From contig CAJNYD010000322.1 of NCBI GenBank assembly GCA_905331295.1, positions 1 through 64,000 on the forward strand: a stretch of DNA of 64,000 nucleotides, read 5' to 3'. Below, in pieces: positions 56,462 through 64,000 of this stretch. The notes under the pieces were generated by a model, which did no database searches, had not been told where the DNA came from, and worked only from the letters and a program-made list of their open reading frames with translations. Within the stretch, counting starts at the first letter, position 1; each line of letters starts with the position of its first letter. Made by a program: the position numbers and the translations under genes. The DNA comes from Rotaria socialis (Eukaryota).

Positions 56462-56816
56462 TAGAAAGACATCCCTTGTCTTTTGATCGATATTATCACT
56501 ATCAGCCAATTTGTTTTACCATCTTCTATCCATTCTGATAATGATAATAATAATAATAAATAAATTGGAATCGAATATCATTTCTTTCTTTTCTTTATTT
56601 GTTTTCTTAATTTAGACCTGATACGGATAAATACGTGCATCGATCTTTTAGAGACTGAAATATTTCCATCAATCATTGTCTTTTTCTTGTTATTTCATCT
56701 TTCTATATATGCTGTTATGTTTTGTTCGTAAAACGAAAACAAGAAAACTTTTCATTTCATGTAGTAGATATCATAAAAATATCCAAAAACGAACCAACCA
56801 ACTAGTTACTGTGTTT

Positions 56817-56848
<32 letters not shown>
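56817..56848. repeat. (TG)n microsatellite
   Basis: Run of gt repeats downstream of eIF4A. Other simple repeats: (TA)n near 5817 and 41091, (CATT)n near 7923, (TCTA)n/(TA)n near 55996. Confidence 0.9.
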
Positions 56849-56850
<2 letters not shown>

Positions 56851-59489
56851 ATATTTTTGTTCATGTTATCAAATGTTTCTCTATTTTCTGCTCGAATTTT
56901 TATGATTCACGTTCTCTCAGTTTTACTTGCCGATATGCAAACATATCCAAGATACTGTTTTTCTTTTGTCTTATTTTGTTCGTTTAGGAAATTTCTGGTT
57001 CTTTTTTCATCGTTCTATTTATTTATTCATTGAAACTATCTAAAAAAAAAATAAAATTGCAAGAGCATACCGAAAAAATTGAATATTTATTTGTAATTAA
57101 TTTCTTCGTACCACATGGATTAAATTCAAATTGAAATATGTAAATAAGCTTATCATGAGTTGATTTTGTCATTTCTCTAGCATAACGAACTATCGAAATT
57201 ATATTAACAACAAAACATGTAGCTGAATACACACGAAACTGACTTTTGCAATGATTATAGTGCGCTTTTTCTGTTTACAAAAACAAAATCTGCAAGCTAA
57301 TATTACTCCACTACACGCATAAATAGTGGATCATTGTTCTTTCTCTTTATCAATGACAATGCCAAGATTCTCCATAATCAAGCATTGTTTTATTTTGCCC
57401 CTGATATACACGACAGCGACACTACCAAGATTAGGAAAACCGCCGATTTGTTTGTTTTAGTTGTATAAGTATTTCACATTTTTCTCTCTCTTGCATTATG
57501 TAGCTTTAGCATAATTTCAGCATCGATCTGTTCAAAATGTTCTTGAACTGTAAATGATCGTTGTTCACTATTGATTTATTTTTCTAATGTAGGCAAAGAT
57601 AGAGAAAAGCACATTCACCATCTAATGCATCGCACCAGAAAAATATCAATAATTATTATTTCAATTTTTCTTCTAAATAAATTTAAGTAACTTATATTTA
57701 ATATTTGATGTTATCTACAGATACATTTTCGATAGGGAATTATATTTCATTAAGAATAAGATGATACTTTTGTAATTAATTTCAGTATTAGCTTGACTTT
57801 GTACATTATCATCGATTTCATAAACAGTTCGATCGTCAACATCATATACATGAGAATCAGTATACTTTTGAATCGATATTATTAAAAATGGGATTGCTAT
57901 CATCAATATTAAGAACACTACTTTACAATCGAATACGATAATAAAGTTTCTTACCACTACATCACGATGATGTGTCATCAGTGAAAATCAATACGATGTG
58001 AATTTATATTAATATCATATAAAATTAACTCATAAAATGAACACGTAAAGCAAGGAGGAGCAGCCGTTGTGTATAATCACACATAAGGTTACGTGCAATT
58101 ATTGCTATTGTATGTGCTCCTCCTATTGCATCTGGTTTTCTTCATCATAATCTGTAGATTGATCTCGTTAATTATTGATTTCTACATTTATCGAAATTAG
58201 AATTGTATACAGTAAATCAGTTGCCCGCATAAACACAATACAATTAATAGAAATGCGCACAGACACACCGAGATCAAAGCTAACTCTCAAAGTTCAACGA
58301 ATATTTTCTAATTCTAACATCATACTTTTCTATTTCAATGAAATCTTGTTCAAATTCAATTTTTTAACAGAAAATTGCTACTATTTTATGTTGTTTCTTT
58401 TATTATTTTCCTATGATCTTTACAAAATATTTGATTGTAAATATTAATGGTAAAATTTTGATATCAGTATAATATTATATAATTTATTAGGTTGTTAAAG
58501 TATTGTTGTGTTGAAGAATTAAGTCTAAACATATGTGGATTTATAATTATAGTATGTTTCATAATAATGCATCATTACACATAAAAAATTTATTTTCGTT
58601 CGTATTACACTAAATATTTACATGTAATCAACACAAAATATATTTTATCGATGCGTGTCAACGATGTGCACGCTAAAAATGTTTGACTTTGTCGGCTAAA
58701 CAAATTAAAATTTCTATGTCTTCTAAAACCATCAATGAATATCCCTCATGGTAAAAAATTCAGCATACAAATAATAGAACTCGTACAAAAACTGCTTTTT
58801 CTCAAGTTAAATACTAAAACTAATATTAATTTTTTTAAATATCTTTCAATACATACAATAGGACTTACGAAAAAAACGTTCGTCTCTGTTGAGCACATAT
58901 ATACTCACAAGATGGTACTCATTAAATACTTATTTTGCTTTGTTTTTCTCCGAAAAGCTGATCGAAACTACATATACATAGTACCAACACTCATACCTGT
59001 CTCATTTAAGTTGCTGGAAAAATTCTTACAAATGTATACTTCAAATTTCTATTGAAGTGAACTTTCTTCTTTTTAGAGTCTCTTTTAAAAAAATTATCTC
59101 CAACAAATATACATAATATTTAATAGATAATGAAATATAAATAACTCCATGCGAAAAATAGTTGTAATTCATAAGGTATGTTTTAAAATGCATTGCTTGA
59201 ATTGATTTCATTTATGAATGTTTTCGTGAGTTTGAACACGAGCTACATATGCTTGCCGATTTCTTTGTTAGTTGAAACTTTGAAAAATCGATATCTTTCC
59301 GTATCTAAGCACAAGTTTTATTGGCAGTTAACTTTGGAAAACTCATGTATTTTGATTCTATTTAAAAAGAAGAAACGAAAGTGCTGTGACAATGACTCAA
59401 GCCAGACTATCTTCAAACTTGATCGAACAAAATGAAAGAAATAAAAAAAAATGACATGTTCTTCAAATAATGTCAGATAGCGAAGCAAA

Positions 59490-61409
59490 TTAGTCGAGAT
59501 CATTGGTATCTGATGCACTAGCTCCGCCACCCATTCCACCTACAATCATAAAATCATTTAAAATACACGAAAAACAAAAAAAAAGGCAAACCTGGAAAAT
59601 TGGGAAAACCACCACCCATAGGCCCACCGGCACCGCCAAATTTGCTAGCCAGTTTTTCCATGACTTTACGCACCTTTGGATTGCTTTGATGAGCAGCTAA
59701 TTTTGACGGATCAGCGCTAACTTCCTAAAATATAGATTAGGTTTAAAAATATGATTTATCAAGAGAAATTTAGAAATATCCACATAGAATACATCGATTT
59801 TTTGTGTCTAAAAGAAGTGTCATATGTAGAATGATTTTTCACTTAACACTTCTAGAATTTAAAACGAAATGAACATCATTTCATAGTATATTTTTGGTAT
59901 GCTTTGTTTTTCTCTACGTACAGTAAACTAATTAATCAAACAAAAGAAACATAATGAGTGTATACAACTTACTGAGAAGGCCTTCTGTACATCTGGATCT
60001 TGTAGTGCTTCCAATATTTCTGGATCATTCATAACAGCCCCTAAACCTCCTAAATCTCCCAAATCAGCTCCACCCATACCGCCCATTCCTCCCATGCCAC
60101 CCATACCACCCATTCCTCCCATGCCACCCATTCCTCCCATACCACCTAAACAACAACGTTTATAAACTATCTAGTATAACTGACAATTCTATATAATCAC
60201 CTGGAAATCCTGGAAATTGTTGACCTCCAGCAGAGCGTGTCTGTTGTTCTCGTGCCCGTCGTTCATTTTCTTCTTGTTGTGCCTTCGCATAAGCTTCTTG
60301 TGCTTTACGAACACGCTCTCGTTTAGCATCAATTTCCTTTACTTCTCGAAGACGTTCATATTTGCGTTTATGTTCAGCAACTTTTTTAGCCTGCATTTGC
60401 AAAAGGACAATAGAGAGATAAGAGAATAGAAAAGAAAACAAAAATATATGCGCATATATACATTCACTTGGACCTCTTTACACCATGTTTGAACATCTTC
60501 GTCAAAATCAGACAATTGTGCTTTACAAAAATCTTTGTAAGCTTCGTCCCAATCGCCCAACATACTAGACAAGAAACAAATTATTGTTCAAAGTTCTTGG
60601 CATCTCATTTTGTTGTTATGCTTACCGATGAGCTTTTCCTCTCCATTTGAGTGCTTGTTGCGAGTTTTCATTGAGTTCTAAAGCACGGTTACAGTCACGT
60701 ATAGCTGCATTTGGCTTTTGAAGCTTAATATAACATTGGGCACGTTTCGCATGAAGAATAGCTGATTGTGGATTATTTTCAATGGCTTGTGTAAACAATG
60801 AAATCGCCTCTTCAAATGCACCTTCAGAAAGTTTAGCTTGTGCTTCACCTCGTTTGGCATCGGCTTGTTCTGACATAGCATCGGTCACCTATTCAAAATG
60901 AATTTAACAACAGGTAAAGTAATTTGTCATCATAACTATACTTCAATATTTGGATCACCCATTGGTTGTGGCTCATCCTTGTCGCCTTCGATTACACCCG
61001 TCATATCCAATTCTATATAAATGGATATAAGTGGAGAAAAATATATAGATAAAATTAAGAAATCTACCCAATTCACTCTCTGGATCACTTTCAACTTTCG
61101 CTGTTTCTTCATGAATTTTGGATTCAGAAGGTGTTTCATTATCATCGCTAGGCGTGTCTTTTTCTTCCGATTTTGTTTCGGAAGTATGACGACTTCTGTC
61201 CTTTGGAACTGTTGCTCCTAATCTATATGATGATTGTTAAAATATTAAAATACCGACGAGAAATATTTAAAAAATAATAGTAATTACTTAGCAAGCCATT
61301 CCCGAAAGAATCCAAGTTCAGGTGCTTGAAGCATCTCAGGTTGAGCATCACATAATGTGACAAATTGTCGAAGAAGACGTACATATTCAGTTGGAATATT
61401 TTTTGACAT
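59490..61409 (-). CDS. ST13: Hsc70-interacting protein Hip (N-terminal dimerization, TPR, GGM repeats, STI1)
   Basis: LLRQFVTLC..QPEML..PELGFFREWL, ELDMTGVIEGDKDEPQPMGD, TPR AILHAKRAQCYIKLQKPNAAIRDC, (GGM)n repeats, and NDPEILEALQDPDVQKAF...SNPKV. Confidence 0.95.
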
Positions 61410-62109
61410 TATAGTGCACTAAAACAAATCTAAAAATGAATTCATATTAAATAAAAATTATAAAACGCCATCTACTAGGAGAAATTCTAGATTGTTCTTC
61501 AGTGATAGGTAGGTAGGTGTGTCACCTCAGAAGATGCCACAAGTTTTCGCATGGAAATATTCATTGATTCCATATGATCATACAAATTATAACGGTATTA
61601 GGCAAAAGTCTATCGAAAAACAACTTATTTTGACATTCTTGACTAGAATCCGACATTGACCTACATATATGCAATCATCGAAAATACTAGAAGGCATATA
61701 TTTTAATGAATGCAGAATGTGTATCGATGACTCATGATGAAGATAATTACTATTTGCTAGCCTCCTCACCATTTCAAAAGATAAAGTTTTGTACAAACAA
61801 TAATTAGCAAACAAGAAAGAATTATTTTCTACTACGATTTGATTTCCCTTGTAAAGAACACTAAATTTGTGATTATGCTATATTTTGAGACATAGATGGC
61901 ACTATGAATTTTTCATATTCATTCCAAAGATTCCAAAGACAAGTTACAAAATATAGTACGACAAACAACCTAGCCAATCAATATCTATAGTGTATTCACA
62001 TATTTTTGCGCACAATTTTATTGCAATTTTTTTTCTATTCAATTAGCGAGTCGTATTTTTTTATGTCAACTTATATACTATTGATATTTATCTGAATGTT
62101 TAAAAGGAA

Positions 62110-62706
62110 ATGACTGCAATGCATGCGAATCTACAATTAAATCCAATAGATGAAACAATAGTATCGAATAAACAAACTCGCACACCAAATCTACAAATAT
62201 CTAGTACACAACAATCATATCAGTCATTACATAAGATACATAAATATTATAAAGAATTTCAACGTGCATTATATATACTTCAAGCATCTGTTGAAGAACT
62301 TTCGTGTCTAGAAATTGAACAATTGCATTATTATGAAACAATATTAAAATCATCATCTAAGATTATGTTTGATTTACAAGTTCCATCGAATTGTCCTTGT
62401 CAAGGAGTTTTACCCATTGCTAGTGAATCAAGATGTTCGAAAAATGACGTTACTTCTAGTGTCAATTCACTAATTATTTTTCCATCTGATCCAATAGCTA
62501 GCACTCATGAAAAAAATATATTGGACAAAATAGAAATGCCAGATAAAATGTTTCCGAAGATATATTTTAAACAGAAGCCAACAAATAAACTTCTTTCAAT
62601 AACTAACAAACGAAAATGCTATGGATTCGATGGCAAGTTCATGAAGTATAGGACAAAAAAAGTGTTAATAAATCTAAACTTTCGATGTTCAAAACATTTC
62701 AATTGA
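62110..62706 (+). CDS. Hypothetical 198-aa protein, intronless, no recognised family
   Basis: A 597-nt open frame in very AT-rich DNA with an aaggaaATG start, divergent from ST13. No motif recognised. Confidence 0.5.
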   Translation: MTAMHANLQLNPIDETIVSNKQTRTPNLQISSTQQSYQSLHKIHKYYKEFQRALYILQASVEELSCLEIEQLHYYETILKSSSKIMFDLQVPSNCPCQGVLPIASESRCSKNDVTSSVNSLIIFPSDPIASTHEKNILDKIEMPDKMFPKIYFKQKPTNKLLSITNKRKCYGFDGKFMKYRTKKVLINLNFRCSKHFN

Positions 62707-62766
62707 CAGAAAGATCCATCAACAGAGTTACCACAGGAGTGAAGTGAAAACATAATAATTATGCAG

Positions 62767-64000
62767 TTAAATTCTTTGATACTAAGTCACCAGTAGGTTC
62801 TATAACAAAATAGATTAGAGATTAAAAGTTTAGATAAAAAATAATAACATTACCTGATAGAGGTGTCTCTTCTGGTGTGATTGATTCACCACGACGTTTT
62901 ACTGCCCATGATTGTATGTCACCTGAGCCAATGAATAAAAATGTAATCATGCCAATTATATAGATAACTGCACAAATGAAGAAGACATAGCGCCAATTGT
63001 ATGCATCCTACATATATATATTAGTAGAATAACTCTGTGTAAAATAAAGAATAGTTAACACTAACTTTTTCTGTAAGAGCTCCGACAATATATGGGCTTA
63101 TAATACCCGGCAATGTAGCAAATGTATTTGAAATACCAAAAATGATGCCTGCATATGCCGGAGCAATATCATTTGCTGTGAGCATAAATCCTCCACCATA
63201 ACAACATCCACTGAAATAAACAAAAAAAACATCTCAATAGACGAATAATGAAAAAATAAATTACTTACGTAAAAGTAACACCAATGGTTAGTAAAGCTAC
63301 AGCAAAATATTTTGTTTTACATGTCATAAATGCTAATCCAATAACAAATAATGCTGGAAATAAGTTTCCTAACACGTTAAATAGCTTTCTTGTTTGTGTT
63401 CTTGTCAAAAATTTTTTTCGAATAATCATATCAGCCACTGCGCCAGATATATTGATATTGAGCCAGAATATAATATACGGTAGTGAGGAGAGCAATCCAT
63501 TCTATATGAAAAATGGTATCATTTTCATGCAATTAAATTAATTTTACGTACTGATTTAATATCAAATTTTAACACTTCTGCCATATATTTTGGAATTGAC
63601 GTAAGAAATGTATACGTCCCCCAATTATTACATGTATGTGTAATAAACAGTGCCCAGCATGCTTTTGATGTTAAAATAGCTTTCCATGGAGCTTTAAATT
63701 CATTTTTATCATGATTTGATAATTGTCCTTGTGTAGCATGTGCAATATAATCTTTTTCTCTATTACTAATACAACGTTGATGACGAGGCGAATCGGTATA
63801 AAAGAAAATCCAAAAAATACCCCAAATAAGACCCATAATACCTGTTGAATAAAAAATTAATGGCCAACCACCAGCAAAACTCCACGAACACATAAGACCA
63901 CCAATAGATAAGGTTACAACGTTACCGATTTGAGCGCCTTAACCGGAAAAAAAGAAATCAAGAAATTTTTATAATTTCAAAAGGAATTTAATTTACCAGC
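62767..64000 (-). CDS. SLC17/sialin-like MFS anion transporter, 3' part (5' end beyond the window)
   Basis: GAQIGNVVT, GGWPLIFY..G..G..W, WKAILTS, NWG.YT.LT.IP.YM..VL.FDIK.NG.LSSLPY, DIAPAYAGIIFGISNT.AT.PG and W..VF. Confidence 0.92.

Noticed and set aside
57715..57978. 87-aa minus-strand ORF with a hydrophobic stretch
   Set aside because: No homology recognised and no supporting exon structure; the length is within the chance range. Not excluded, but unsupported.
60071..60145. 9-nt tandem repeat
   Set aside because: It is the coding GGM repeat, a normal feature of Hip/ST13.

Overview
Eukaryotic, very AT-rich, gene-dense animal DNA with many ~50-60 nt GT-AG introns. The gene content and style suggest a compact invertebrate genome, probably a bdelloid rotifer (inference only). 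By splicing exons manually I reconstruct 15 conserved genes, 13 of them on the minus strand: Meis/homothorax (3161-12148, in a gene-poor block with long introns), a secreted-type intronless ferritin, cyclophilin B-like, DDX3/PL10, Kidins220, a TLDc (MEAK7/Rtc5-like) gene, RTEL1, Chibby, TRAPPC2L (+), a PKD2/TRPP channel, MCMDC2, CCM2, PLAA, eIF4A (+) and ST13/Hip. There is also a partial SLC17 transporter and one orphan 198-aa ORF. Non-coding features include a large palindrome/foldback at the window start, three MITEs, and a likely H/ACA snoRNA in an eIF4A intron. The most interesting observations are: operon-like co-oriented gene junctions (AATAAA, then a U-rich tract, then an unpaired AG acceptor just before the next ATG), a meiotic-type MCMDC2 gene, the intronic snoRNA, a 10-nt microexon in the Meis homeodomain with an intronic PBX-MEIS site, an RFX X-box at Chibby, and an unexplained intergenic hairpin. 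I found no clear evidence of a wholly new multi-gene system. All homology calls come from recalled motifs, not database searches.
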